From: Candidatus Thorarchaeota archaeon
GTDB taxonomy: Archaea; Asgardarchaeota; Thorarchaeia; Thorarchaeales; Thorarchaeaceae
Direction: 5' to 3'
Assembly (NCBI GenBank): GCA_003345555.1
Contig: PRDJ01000036.1
Location: 30,001-62,000, forward strand
DNA: 32,000 nucleotides
Program-made: the position numbers and the translations under genes
Shown: positions 7,677 to 17,985 of the stretch, one piece after another
How positions within the stretch are numbered: position 1 is the first letter of the stretch
Layout of the letters: every line of letters starts with the position of its first letter
The notes under the pieces: model-generated
Databases searched by the model: none
Seen by the model: only the letters and a program-made list of their open reading frames with translations
Told to the model about the DNA's origin: nothing

Positions 7677-10600
7677 CTACCGCTTTCTAAGCAGGACTAC
7701 AACAATCACGATGGCCGCAATTGCACCAGCAACGACGACATAGAAGACGAATTCATTGAGGGTCGTTGGTAAAGTCGTAGATGTCGTGGTTGTTTCACTG
7801 ACAGTGGTTGTTGCGGTTGTCGTTGTTGATCCTACTGGGTGAGCAGTCGTGTATGATATGAACACAGGGTCGCATCGCACTTCGTATCCGCCCCAGTTCT
7901 TGTAACCAGCTGTCATGAAGAGCATGGAAGCTTCAACCTTCCAGTTGGTCACTGTATCTCCAGCTGCAGATTCGTACATCGCACTGAAGGCACCGACTGG
8001 AGCAGTAGACGAAGCCGATGTATAGGTGGTTACGTAACCATCGCCGCCCCATTTGTATGGTAGACCGCCCATTGTGACATTGGCAAATGGGTTATTTGCA
8101 GCTCTGAACTCGTAGTAAGAGGCATTGATGCTTGCTCCATTGGTATCAGTGATTTGCTTCTCTCCAGCGCTGTACTGACTCCTTGTGGCAGTCCCAAGAA
8201 CGCCGAAGAAGTTGACCGCAAGACTGCGGCCTACGACGACGCTATTGTCGAAGTCATAGAGTGTCCAGTTGCCTATGACCTGGTCGATCTTGAAGACGAC
8301 AGCATGGTTCCACTTCAGGTGGTCGCTTGGGTTATAGTTCACCATGTCGACGTGGAATGAGACATTGAAAGACATCTCATTGACATACGCAGGCGTTATC
8401 CAGTAATCAAAGTTGGTTGAGTTGAGTCCGACCACGCCTTCATAGGATTGCCTGATTTGCCAAGCACCCCTTACTCCGTTGGAGTTCTCCACCCTGAGTG
8501 GATAGATTGTGACATTCACGTCGCGTATAGTGATGCCAAACTCGACAACAGTTGAGGGCAGAACAATGGCAGACCCGTTATTACTTGTGGCACCTAGAGG
8601 TCTTCTCAATTCGACTTCGCCCACAGAGTCAATCAGAACGAAGTGCGTAACCTCGTCGGTCACTACTTGCCCATCAACAATTCGGAAGTCGGGCGCTCCC
8701 ACGGTGCCATTACTAGGCAGGTCTCGGAACAGCAGCAGCCCTGCATACTCAGCTCTGAATGCAGCCCACTGCTTGACAGCCGCTGACGTTGAAACCTGGA
8801 ATGCCTGTGCCGTTCCCCACGCGAACCATGTATTGGACCATGAGCCGGATTTCAAAGCAGGAATCCCGCTTAGGTCAACTGAACGGTTGACGCTCATCCA
8901 AGCGACCCACTCGTAACCCGGCGCAGAGACTTCTCCCTGAACAGCCCACATCGTTTCTCGGATTTTGTTCATCTCATCTAGGCCGACGCCCGTCCCGTTG
9001 GCATGCTGCCAAATGAAGGCTTCACTCGCCTCGAAGTTAATCATCATCTTGACAACTCCCATCCAGGTGTAGGAAACGAATTCGTCACCCAGATTCCCAG
9101 GCGAGGGGTCAAAGACAAGTCCAACTTCCATGCCTTCTCTGGTTATGTTGCCCCAGTCCTTCCATGTCCCTGTTCTCAGGACGAAGTACTGGTCTTCTGT
9201 AGTGAATAGATTACCGTCAAGATCTATTGCTCCGTTCTCAGTCACGGCCCAAGTCTGCTGCTCGTAGGCAAACGCATTACCGATAAGAAGGCGTCTTGGG
9301 CTCCAAACAACATTGTCCGAGTATGTTTCTCTTAGGCTTTCATTCCCTATGGGCACCAAGACGTAGGTGTTCATGTTGTGAACAGAAGCATTCATCGAGT
9401 AGGTCTCGAATATGCCAGAAGTAATGAGAGCCCCGGTGATCATGATTGGAGGTGCTTCGCCTGTGAACATCGCTGTAAACCATAGGTTGGAGATGCCTTC
9501 ACCAACTGATAGATGCCAGACGGATGTTGCCAACATCGTATATGAAGTCAAATTGCCTTCAGCAATGTAGGCGCCCGTGTCTCGGTGGCTCATATGCCAG
9601 AAGACAGCGGACACACCTAAGATAGTACCATGCATGAAATCAATTACTATGTAATGCACTATGCTGTACCTGACTACGTGAGTCTCGTTGCTTTCGATGC
9701 CACCGCCCTCCAAGACGACGGTAACATTCTGTCGCAACCTGTTGATGAGGATGCCATCGATGTCAATGTAGGTTGTACCATTGGGAGTATCAACAGGTAC
9801 GTTGGTTTTGTTTACTGGCAGGTAGTACGAGCCATTCACTTTTCCAGGTGGAGAATGGATGTCAAGAGTAACGTTGAGCATCTGGCCGGGCATTGCCCTG
9901 TTCACTATCCTTCCTGTCAGGTCCCGGACGTATGCCTCAATGAAAGCCGACCTAAAGGCAAGCCTTACTGTGTTCTTAGATGTAATCTCCTGACGGGGAT
10001 CAAGAATACGACCCTTGAAGTCACGAACTCGCCAGAAGCTGGGGTCGGGTGAAATCGTCCCACTGACGTCGTATTCATCCATGTTCATGTCGACGGCAGT
10101 TTCAAAGTGACCTCGCCACGTGAGTTCGGAACCACCAAGGCTTTCGCCTGCGTATAGAGTGTGGTAGAACAGAGACATGTCAATTGTGCTGTTCAGTTTG
10201 ATGTCGAACTTCACAGAGTACACAGCAAAGTCCGACAACCATTCCCAAGTAATGTCGTACAGGTAGCCAGAAAGCGCGTATGTTCCAGTGGCATTGTGGC
10301 TAAAGAACAGCATCAAGGGCATCCCGGTAACATTAACCCAGTCTGCGGGATCCGTCGAGTATCTGTACAAATCTCTCGGCATGCTCCAGTTGTAGTTGAG
10401 CATGTATTCCTTAGCGACAGAAAGACTGCAGAAGGGAATCGTAACATTGCCAAACGGAACACTCGATATCATCCTGAGAGTGAAGTTGGTTCCATAGTCA
10501 ACATAGTGAATGATGCTGCCGTAGTCGTTGACTGCTTCGGCGTAATAATACCTTGGAACTGCGAACTCGCTAACCGGAACCTCTCTTCCCAAACAGAGAG

Positions 10601-11273
10601 GAGGACTCCCGAATTCGCCAGCCTGTGCTCTCGCCAGCCATGAAGGAGACACAGGTTTGCCGTCTGTGTCAATGACCTGCATGCCGGTCCAAAAGACTTC
10701 GGGAACTGGCGCCTGAGCAAACGTTACTGCAAACACGACAGTATACAGCATGGAAGCATTCTCGAATATGGAGTTAGCCGCATCTAGAACCAAGAACCCG
10801 GATTCCGGCGGCTTCTCACTGCCTTCCTTATAGTGAAAGCTTACGCTATTCCAGGTCGCAGAGGTCGCATTGAACTGAAGACCGAACACTGCCTTATTGA
10901 CAGCGAAAGTCTCACCCCAGAAACTGACGACATCTAGAATCGCCCCGAATGGAAGGAAGTTCTTCGGGATTGTTATGTTGATCAGCAGCCGATCGCCGGC
11001 ATTGACCCTGTATTGTTTGTTGGCTATATTAGTCCCGTTGTAGTCCCAAGTGCTGTTAGCATAACCAATCCAGACGTACGGCTGAGGGCCGAAGACCCAC
11101 AGCGATTCTTGATACTCATGCGATATGTCTTCTGTTTCGTTGCTGACTTTCCAACCGACATGTACGACTGGACTGCTGTCGCCCTGAGCACCGACGAAGG
11201 CTGTGGTAGCACCGATGGTGGCTGCTAGCATTGCTATCAGAATCAAACTCATCGCTCGTTTCATCTTGTTCAC
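7677..11273 (-). CDS. Large secreted, C-terminally membrane-anchored surface glycoprotein (S-layer/adhesin-like)
   Basis: 1198 aa. N-terminal signal peptide (MKRAMSLILIAMLAATIGATTAFVGA), beta-rich body with many N-x-S/T sequons, Thr-rich linker (STTTTATTTVSETTTTSTT), TM helix and basic tail (FVFYVVVAGAIAAIVIVVVLLRKR). Confidence 0.8.
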   Translation of the reverse strand: MNKMKRAMSLILIAMLAATIGATTAFVGAQGDSSPVVHVGWKVSNETEDISHEYQESLWVFGPQPYVWIGYANSTWDYNGTNIANKQYRVNAGDRLLINITIPKNFLPFGAILDVVSFWGETFAVNKAVFGLQFNATSATWNSVSFHYKEGSEKPPESGFLVLDAANSIFENASMLYTVVFAVTFAQAPVPEVFWTGMQVIDTDGKPVSPSWLARAQAGEFGSPPLCLGREVPVSEFAVPRYYYAEAVNDYGSIIHYVDYGTNFTLRMISSVPFGNVTIPFCSLSVAKEYMLNYNWSMPRDLYRYSTDPADWVNVTGMPLMLFFSHNATGTYALSGYLYDITWEWLSDFAVYSVKFDIKLNSTIDMSLFYHTLYAGESLGGSELTWRGHFETAVDMNMDEYDVSGTISPDPSFWRVRDFKGRILDPRQEITSKNTVRLAFRSAFIEAYVRDLTGRIVNRAMPGQMLNVTLDIHSPPGKVNGSYYLPVNKTNVPVDTPNGTTYIDIDGILINRLRQNVTVVLEGGGIESNETHVVRYSIVHYIVIDFMHGTILGVSAVFWHMSHRDTGAYIAEGNLTSYTMLATSVWHLSVGEGISNLWFTAMFTGEAPPIMITGALITSGIFETYSMNASVHNMNTYVLVPIGNESLRETYSDNVVWSPRRLLIGNAFAYEQQTWAVTENGAIDLDGNLFTTEDQYFVLRTGTWKDWGNITREGMEVGLVFDPSPGNLGDEFVSYTWMGVVKMMINFEASEAFIWQHANGTGVGLDEMNKIRETMWAVQGEVSAPGYEWVAWMSVNRSVDLSGIPALKSGSWSNTWFAWGTAQAFQVSTSAAVKQWAAFRAEYAGLLLFRDLPSNGTVGAPDFRIVDGQVVTDEVTHFVLIDSVGEVELRRPLGATSNNGSAIVLPSTVVEFGITIRDVNVTIYPLRVENSNGVRGAWQIRQSYEGVVGLNSTNFDYWITPAYVNEMSFNVSFHVDMVNYNPSDHLKWNHAVVFKIDQVIGNWTLYDFDNSVVVGRSLAVNFFGVLGTATRSQYSAGEKQITDTNGASINASYYEFRAANNPFANVTMGGLPYKWGGDGYVTTYTSASSTAPVGAFSAMYESAAGDTVTNWKVEASMLFMTAGYKNWGGYEVRCDPVFISYTTAHPVGSTTTTATTTVSETTTTSTTLPTTLNEFVFYVVVAGAIAAIVIVVVLLRKR

Positions 11274-11520
11274 TCACTTCGAGCCCTGAATGCAGCCGTC
11301 TCCCAATCACTATCTGTGCGAGAATTGGCCTCGCACTTTTCCCACCCCGCTGCACAAAGCTTCCTGACCGGGTGACGAACGTACATCGGCTCACTTATTA
11401 CGTAGGTCATGGGCAGGGTGGCTTGCCCCTGACGAAAGAGAACCGATAAACTGCGGTGCCACATCTGGTTTGGATTCTTATAACCTTGTGTCGTTTCTTC
11501 GGACCGTTGAAGTATCAATT

Positions 11521-12489
11521 TCAGGGTTGCTTGGCACGAACAATGCCTGAGTCCGTTTGCAGGACAGCGAGACCTCGTCGTTCTAGGATCCTTAACAAGT
11601 CGTGACATTCCGCAAGAGCCAGAATCATGTTTTGAGTATCGTATTGACCGTAGATGACTCTCGAAATCTCATAGACGCTCTTCGGACTCGACTCAAGCAG
11701 CTGCTCCGCCTCGTTAAGCTTCCTGTCATACTCTGCCGCTAGTTCGTTCAGACGATGAACGAGGTCTGTTATCTGTTCGCGGTGTCCGGGTAACACCAGA
11801 AAGCCCTTCAGAGATCTCATTCGTTCGAGTGACCTCATGTGTGTCACCATGGGTATCTCACTCGTAATATCGAAATCCAAGCTTGGATTTGAACTAATGC
11901 CGGGCAGGACGTGGTCTCCGGAGAAAACAAGTCTGTCTTTTTCTGACACCATGCATATGCTTCCCTGAGAGTGCCCGGGAACCCAGAGGACTCGAAGGTT
12001 TCCAATCCCAGTATGGACAACATCGCCGTCCTGCAGACCTCGAGCACATGGTACTGAGTCGCCCAATCCTATGAAATACCTTGACAATATTCTCGCTGAA
12101 ATCCCGGGCATCTCAGTTGATGGCACGCCCGAGTACTTCATGATCTTTACGTACGATTCCGTGCGTCGCTCGGTGAATCCAACGAAGTCCGAAACGCGAA
12201 CGAGGTCCTCAGAATGAATCAGTACTGGCACTTCATTTTTGACAAGCCCTTCTGACACTCTCAGGATATGCGCCGCAAGCCCCATGTGGTCAACGTGACC
12301 ATGAGTGAGGATAATCTGCCTAACGTCACTTAGCTTGTAGCCTGCTTGGCTGATGCCCTCTGCCAGTGTCTGTAGGGCCTGATCCGTCTTGGGACCGACA
12401 TCGATGAGAGTCAGCGGATCTCCGTCAATCAAGTAGCAGTTGACATCTCCCACAGGAAAGGGCGTGGGAACATTCACCCTGTGAATCAT
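11521..12489 (-). CDS. MBL-fold metallo-hydrolase with C-terminal wHTH-like extension
   Basis: PTPFPVGDVNCYLI, LIDVG, THGHVDHMG (HxHxDH), PGHSQG, FSGDH, PGH. Start is uncertain (ATG 12489, GTG 12507 or 12552). Confidence 0.9.
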   Translation of the reverse strand: MIHRVNVPTPFPVGDVNCYLIDGDPLTLIDVGPKTDQALQTLAEGISQAGYKLSDVRQIILTHGHVDHMGLAAHILRVSEGLVKNEVPVLIHSEDLVRVSDFVGFTERRTESYVKIMKYSGVPSTEMPGISARILSRYFIGLGDSVPCARGLQDGDVVHTGIGNLRVLWVPGHSQGSICMVSEKDRLVFSGDHVLPGISSNPSLDFDITSEIPMVTHMRSLERMRSLKGFLVLPGHREQITDLVHRLNELAAEYDRKLNEAEQLLESSPKSVYEISRVIYGQYDTQNMILALAECHDLLRILERRGLAVLQTDSGIVRAKQP

Positions 12490-12538
12490 GTCGCTTACTT
12501 TGCTCACCCGTGAAGTCCCTCGATTCGTCTTCGCTCGT

Positions 12539-14557
12539 TCAAAGCTCGTCAAAGTACACCCTGAGAAGCTCTGCTACGCTCCTAGCCCGAGAAGTGCAGC
12601 CCCTGTCGCGATAGGGCTTCGAGCCATCGTACATGTCGGAGATTGTTCCCAAGCACCCCGTCCGGACCGCATGGAGAACCGGTCTAAAGAACTCCTTCTC
12701 GGCGTGAGTGCGGTTCTCCGGGGTTCGACCATTCACGGCGAGGTATGCAGAGATGTAAGGTCCGATAAGCCATGGGTGTACTGCACCTTGGTGAACAGCA
12801 CCAGCACGACTACGGGGACCACCTGTCACGGCGCGCGCAAATCGTTGGTCTCTGGGACTCAGGGTCCTGAGACCGAAGGGAGTGAGGAGCTCATCAGTTA
12901 CCATCTTCAAGACAGACTCTGCCTTGTCTCCCTCAAGTAGGGGATACCTAAGCGAAATAGCGAATATCTGGTTTGGTCTAATCGAAGAATCATTCGCTTC
13001 ATCGGTCACGAAATCGTATAGACATCTGAGATCCTCATTCCAGAATGTCTGAAGATACGCCTCCTTTATCCATGAAGCAACCGCCCTGTGCTCGTATGGG
13101 TCGAGCCCTTTCATCTCAGCCATGTCGCCCATGCTCATCAATGCGTTGTACCACAGGGCGTTGGTCTCGACGCACTTCCCGATGCGCGGTGTTGCGCACC
13201 AGTTCTCTATCCGCTCATTCATCCATGAGACCTCAACGCCCTCAATTCCAGCGGCTATGAGCCCGTCGTGATCCTCGCGTACGTCAAACTTCGTCCCCAT
13301 TCTATAGGCCGAGATCACAGATTCCATCGTATCCCAGATTATCCCACTCAGGAACTCAAGATCATTGGTAGCCTCCAAGTACCTTCTCACAGCCAGTATG
13401 AACCACAATGATGCATCAACAGAGGAATAGGCGGGCTGGATTCCCCTCTCAGGGAAGTCGTTGGGTATGAGACCATAGCGAGAGTATCTTGCGTAAGTTG
13501 TGAGTATCTCTCGTGCGTCTTGGAATCTGCCAATCGAAACGGTGAGGCCAGGCAGAGAGATCATGGCATCGAGACCGATATCGACTAGGTTATGGTATCC
13601 CGCAATAACAGACCTTGCCTTGGTGGATGCCCGGTCAACAATGAATGAGTCCGCGTTGAATACTAGCCATTCGATATCCTCATCACGTTCTTTTCCAGAT
13701 AACGAATATGCCCTATCATTGAGCACTTTCCGCCGCTTGAGTTCATCGAATCTTAGTCTGGCAAAATCCTTTGTTGTAGCGTTCTTCAAAGGCCCGAGTC
13801 CGGTCATGAGATCAGCTCTGGAGCTGCCTGCCGCAAATAGAAATGAAAGATAGTGAGACCCCGCTCTTAGAACTGTATGGAATACTCCTGCCTCAAAGAG
13901 TTCCTCCCCATACGGAATTCCTTCTGATTTGTCTTCTCGGTAGACTTGAGGACGCGTGGCCTTAATCTTAGAAGGCATGAATTCTGCTTCCGGAGAGAAA
14001 GCAAAAACCCACGGACTGTTTTGTCTGTCGTCAAAGGCCAGATAGGCATGTTCACTCATGGGCTCAATCTCAGGCGTGAACGGCAGATGAGCAGGTCTCT
14101 CATTGATGTACCTGTTTGTATGGAGTGGCGCGACGGTGAAGACAGTTTCTTCGTTTGTCTTCACCTCGTAGTTGACTATGGTTATGTTCCTCCTGTATGC
14201 CATGAACACAGTCTTGTCAATTGTAACCGAGTCAGTGGCAAATGACATCTGAGGTAACGGGTTAAGCTCGAAGCGTTTCATGAACCTATACCCGCGAAGC
14301 GACATGCCCTCTTCGTTTTCCTCGGTCCCAAGATTCCATTCACCTTGAGAGGTCCCGATTGCTTCGTAGACTCTGGCAACAGTAAGCCATCTTTCAACGG
14401 GTGGGTTGAGAGAAGAAACTAGGAGCCCATGGTACCCCCTTGTATTGAGGCCGACCACTGTGGACGATGAATAGCCGCCGAGGCCGTTTGTGTACAAGTA
14501 CTCAAACGTGACTGCTCTGTTGAGTCTTAGGTCGTCTTCCTCCAGAGCTATCGTCAC
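12539..14557 (-). CDS. Archaeal-type glycogen debranching enzyme homolog (GDE_N + amylo-alpha-1,6-glucosidase domain), probably catalytically altered
   Basis: LYTNGLGGYSSST..TRGYHGLL, VIAGY, GLIPN, YSSVDASLWF, RPNQIFA, LLTPFGLRTLSP, HQGAVHPWLIG, GC..RARSVAE. Expected catalytic motifs are altered (see findings). Confidence 0.9.
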   Translation of the reverse strand: MTIALEEDDLRLNRAVTFEYLYTNGLGGYSSSTVVGLNTRGYHGLLVSSLNPPVERWLTVARVYEAIGTSQGEWNLGTEENEEGMSLRGYRFMKRFELNPLPQMSFATDSVTIDKTVFMAYRRNITIVNYEVKTNEETVFTVAPLHTNRYINERPAHLPFTPEIEPMSEHAYLAFDDRQNSPWVFAFSPEAEFMPSKIKATRPQVYREDKSEGIPYGEELFEAGVFHTVLRAGSHYLSFLFAAGSSRADLMTGLGPLKNATTKDFARLRFDELKRRKVLNDRAYSLSGKERDEDIEWLVFNADSFIVDRASTKARSVIAGYHNLVDIGLDAMISLPGLTVSIGRFQDAREILTTYARYSRYGLIPNDFPERGIQPAYSSVDASLWFILAVRRYLEATNDLEFLSGIIWDTMESVISAYRMGTKFDVREDHDGLIAAGIEGVEVSWMNERIENWCATPRIGKCVETNALWYNALMSMGDMAEMKGLDPYEHRAVASWIKEAYLQTFWNEDLRCLYDFVTDEANDSSIRPNQIFAISLRYPLLEGDKAESVLKMVTDELLTPFGLRTLSPRDQRFARAVTGGPRSRAGAVHQGAVHPWLIGPYISAYLAVNGRTPENRTHAEKEFFRPVLHAVRTGCLGTISDMYDGSKPYRDRGCTSRARSVAELLRVYFDEL

Positions 14558-14707
14558 AATATCGTTCTCCTAATCTATCCCGTGAGTGATGGCGAGCCAA
14601 ATGGCGCACTTTAACCATTCTGTGGCAAGACGAGCGTCATAAACAACGTCTTAAGCTGATGGATTCGGCGATGGTCGGCTCAGAGATGAATTGCAGTGCC
14701 GGATCAT

Positions 14708-16009
14708 ATGCCAAGCATTCCACCGCCCGCATCCAACTCAAGGGAGGGTTTTGCATTGTCTTCGGGCAAATCATTCCTTGGCCTTAGCAGAAGACTCTGG
14801 CGCTTGGCGATCGTTACCGGTATCGCTCAATTTGCTATCAGTCTGTGGAGTTGGCAGTTTGCCATTTTTCTTAGGAATTCGCTGCTCTTGGAACCTTGGC
14901 AGATGGGGCTCATATACTCTCTTGGAACTGTCGCGGCCCTAATTGGGTATCCGGCATCAGGGTTCATCGCAGATGTGATTGGCAGAAGGTTCACAATGGC
15001 TTTCTCATTGGTACCGATGTTCGTCGGTCTGACACTGCTTTCCCAGATACCCACATGGCCGCTCATTGCTTTCTCATACGCCTTGACTCTTTTTGGATGG
15101 AGCTTCATTCTGATCATTTCCAGAGCTATGCCCGCTGACGAAATAGCTGCAGCAGGTCAGTCCGATGCTCCGCGCAAGTTCATGATGGTCGTGATGCCAG
15201 CATACTTTGTTGATGGAATCTGCCCAATCATAGCGGCAACGCTGCTAAAGCAAGGGTACAATGCACAGTTTCTTTTCTTCCTTGGTTCAGTGGCGGCGAT
15301 TATCGCTCTCGGGGCTACGCTGCTCGCCGTGCGGGAGACTCTCAGTTCGCAGAATCAAAGCAAAGCAAGGGCCAAAGTCCTCGCTTCTCCGAGAAGCCTT
15401 GGAGCTCAATTCTGGAAATTCGCAGTCGGGATGCTAGCCTACTATGCAGTTTGGGGATTGGCGATATCATACTTGGGACCTCTCTGTGTTGATGAGTGGG
15501 GAGTAGATGAGGTCACCTTCGGGTACACTTGGAGTGTCTGCTCGCTGTCGACAGCTGTAGCATCATATACCATCAGCGGCCTGACCGCGCGCAGTACGAG
15601 GCTCTGCCTTGTGCTCGCGCTCATCGGGAATTCGCTTATCGTGGGAGCCTTCAGCATCGGTTCAGGGATTATGATGATGGTATTGCTGAACGCACTCTGG
15701 GCGGTGCCGGTCGTCATGTGGATTGGTGCAGAAAGGACGCTCGTTGTCAGGGGCGTACGTCCAGAAATGAAAGGAAGAGCACTTGGTACATGGCAGCTAA
15801 TGATGAGTTCGACTACCGTATTCGCGGCTCCCGCCGGAGCAATGATTTGGACGATCACAGGAACTATTCGATCTCTTTGGACAATCGCATCTGTTCTGGG
15901 ATTTGTCTCAATCTTGTTTACAGCGATATCGTTGAGGTGGATGGGCGCCGGGGTAAAGGAAAGTAACGGTAATTCCGACGCTCCAACCGATGGCACGAGC
16001 GGCGAGTGA
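14708..16009 (+). CDS. MFS transporter
   Basis: About 12 hydrophobic segments, MFS motif A (GFIADVIGRR), second-half repeat (EMKGRALG). Start ATG 14708 or GTG 14696. Confidence 0.85.
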   Translation: MPSIPPPASNSREGFALSSGKSFLGLSRRLWRLAIVTGIAQFAISLWSWQFAIFLRNSLLLEPWQMGLIYSLGTVAALIGYPASGFIADVIGRRFTMAFSLVPMFVGLTLLSQIPTWPLIAFSYALTLFGWSFILIISRAMPADEIAAAGQSDAPRKFMMVVMPAYFVDGICPIIAATLLKQGYNAQFLFFLGSVAAIIALGATLLAVRETLSSQNQSKARAKVLASPRSLGAQFWKFAVGMLAYYAVWGLAISYLGPLCVDEWGVDEVTFGYTWSVCSLSTAVASYTISGLTARSTRLCLVLALIGNSLIVGAFSIGSGIMMMVLLNALWAVPVVMWIGAERTLVVRGVRPEMKGRALGTWQLMMSSTTVFAAPAGAMIWTITGTIRSLWTIASVLGFVSILFTAISLRWMGAGVKESNGNSDAPTDGTSGE

Positions 16010-16068
16010 GTTACTTATTAAGTGGAAGACCTACACTGAGAGTATGCCATAGGTGGCGGCGAGAAGTA

Positions 16069-17985
16069 GTGACAGAAAAGGGGTCCCCCATTAGCCGCAG
16101 GATAAGACACACAGGTGACCTGCTTCTTGGGGGAGCTCAGAAACAGGTAAGCGACTACAAGCAAAGGTTTGATTCTCTCCAGGGCTCTTACGATGCGTTT
16201 CTTTCACACATGATTGAGTCCTACCCTGCAGATGCGGTCAGTGTCGCATTTGTTGACGAGTTCTTTGGCAAAAGAGAGCTTACGTTTGCAGGTGTAGACG
16301 GTACCGTCTGCAAGTACCCCGTCTTCGATCTCATCGTGTTCTTCGCTGGAGCCTATTCAGCTCACGGCACTGCTCATGTCAATCCTTCGGGAGCCATGAA
16401 CATTGAATGCGATGACTCTTGTCTGGAGACCGGACTCGGGGTGTCCAGTGTTCTGCCCGTGTACATTAACGATGTATTGAGTATTGACCGAACACTACTC
16501 GTTACAGATGAAGATGGGTCAGTGGATGATTCTATTACGCTAAGTGATTCCTGGGTAATAGACAATTCTGCCTTCGCGGACTACATGATGAGCCTTGCAG
16601 AATTCTATCTGGGCTACAAGCTCGTCGCGTCAGAGAAGCCCGTCGATATACTATTCCTGGACAGGATATGCTCGTCAGAGCTGTCATCGTTCTACTTCGA
16701 GACATCGGATTCCAGAAACGATCTTGAAACACAATGCGGTCTCATTGGTGCGAAGGTTGACGGCAGACCATACACGCCCACGGACTGGGTCTACGCACGC
16801 CAAGTATTCGGCAATGCCTCGCTAGGAACACCCCCTGCGAGAGGGGAGTACTTGTTACCCAGAGTGGTCACCGAACTGCTGTCGGAGAAGGGATCAGGTC
16901 TCACACGAGACCAACTCACTGACCGCTTGGGGCTCACAACTGAATCGTCTAAGGCTCGTCTGGACCATGCCTTAGAGACCGGCATCGGAGGAAAGAGGTC
17001 GGCCCAGGGAATCCTAGTTAGAGAACATGACCATTTCGTCTTGAAACCGGGTGTGAGAGACCTAGGGAAACGCACTGAGCGTCTCGTGAATGACGTATGT
17101 GAAAGAATGTTTAGTGAGGATTCATCAGTTACGTTTGAAGACCGTTTCAAGATCGGCAGCAAGTGGTTGACTACAACAGACCTCGCATTTCTAGGGCTGT
17201 GTTGTCTTCATCTGATTTCCGAGAAGTGCTGGAAGAACAGGTCCCTCCTGATAGGAGTAGCCAAGGACTCCTCGGCAAGAGACTTGAAGCGGCAACTCCT
17301 TCCCGTCCTGAACTATACGGGGCATTTCAAGGGCAACTTCGCCAACAGTGAGAACATCCCCGACACTGATAGGATGATTCTGCAGTGGGTCTCTCTTCAA
17401 GAACGCGAGAAGCTGAAGGTCCCTTGGGCGACATGCGAATATGATACCGCCTTCAAGACCACAGTCCCGCACTTTGGCGGAGCAAAGGGGTTGGTCTCCG
17501 GAGCCCGACGCAATCAGATATCTCTCAACAAGACCTTTGCCAAAGCGTATTTCCAGCTATCGGAGGCAAAGTCTGATCCGAAGCTTCGAAGCAACGTGCT
17601 TCTCTACGACAGGCTCGTCTACCCGGACTTTGATACGAACGAAGATCAGGTTCTCACTCTACTGCACGACTATATGGACAAGCCAGACGAACCTGAGCCC
17701 GTTGATGTTGTTCTCTATCTGGGGAAGGAGAACGCAGTTCAGTCATTCATCATCGCCTTATTCACAAAGATGACCGGCACGAGCATCCCCGAGCTCTTTG
17801 GTCACCTGAGACCGCTGTACATAGCCGACAAGATTGCGAAGTTTCATTACACACAGTTCTCGTCTATGGTAGAAAGCACAGGGTCTTGGTTAACGAACAG
17901 GCCTCAGCTGAGGGAATTCCTGTTCTATCTCAGCACCTTCAGAGAAAGGAGGTCGGAAGTTGAGCAAACAAGAAAGTATGGATGA
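16069..17985 (+). CDS. Enlarged NurA-like nuclease with a central wHTH-like insertion
   Basis: FAGVDGT (NurA DGS acidic motif), DILFLDR, LIGVAKDSS, C-terminal PLYIADKIAK. Overlaps the following HerA gene. GTG 16069 has an upstream AGGTGG; the ORF is open from 16006. Confidence 0.7.
   Translation: MTEKGSPISRRIRHTGDLLLGGAQKQVSDYKQRFDSLQGSYDAFLSHMIESYPADAVSVAFVDEFFGKRELTFAGVDGTVCKYPVFDLIVFFAGAYSAHGTAHVNPSGAMNIECDDSCLETGLGVSSVLPVYINDVLSIDRTLLVTDEDGSVDDSITLSDSWVIDNSAFADYMMSLAEFYLGYKLVASEKPVDILFLDRICSSELSSFYFETSDSRNDLETQCGLIGAKVDGRPYTPTDWVYARQVFGNASLGTPPARGEYLLPRVVTELLSEKGSGLTRDQLTDRLGLTTESSKARLDHALETGIGGKRSAQGILVREHDHFVLKPGVRDLGKRTERLVNDVCERMFSEDSSVTFEDRFKIGSKWLTTTDLAFLGLCCLHLISEKCWKNRSLLIGVAKDSSARDLKRQLLPVLNYTGHFKGNFANSENIPDTDRMILQWVSLQEREKLKVPWATCEYDTAFKTTVPHFGGAKGLVSGARRNQISLNKTFAKAYFQLSEAKSDPKLRSNVLLYDRLVYPDFDTNEDQVLTLLHDYMDKPDEPEPVDVVLYLGKENAVQSFIIALFTKMTGTSIPELFGHLRPLYIADKIAKFHYTQFSSMVESTGSWLTNRPQLREFLFYLSTFRERRSEVEQTRKYG

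Noticed and set aside
7760-7830. GTT/GTC-rich short repeats
   Set aside because: They encode the Thr-rich linker; not a CRISPR array or regulatory repeat.
8154-11228. Series of plus-strand ORFs of 68-160 aa opposite the surface protein
   Set aside because: Antisense shadows produced by codon bias of the real gene; no motifs or start signals.
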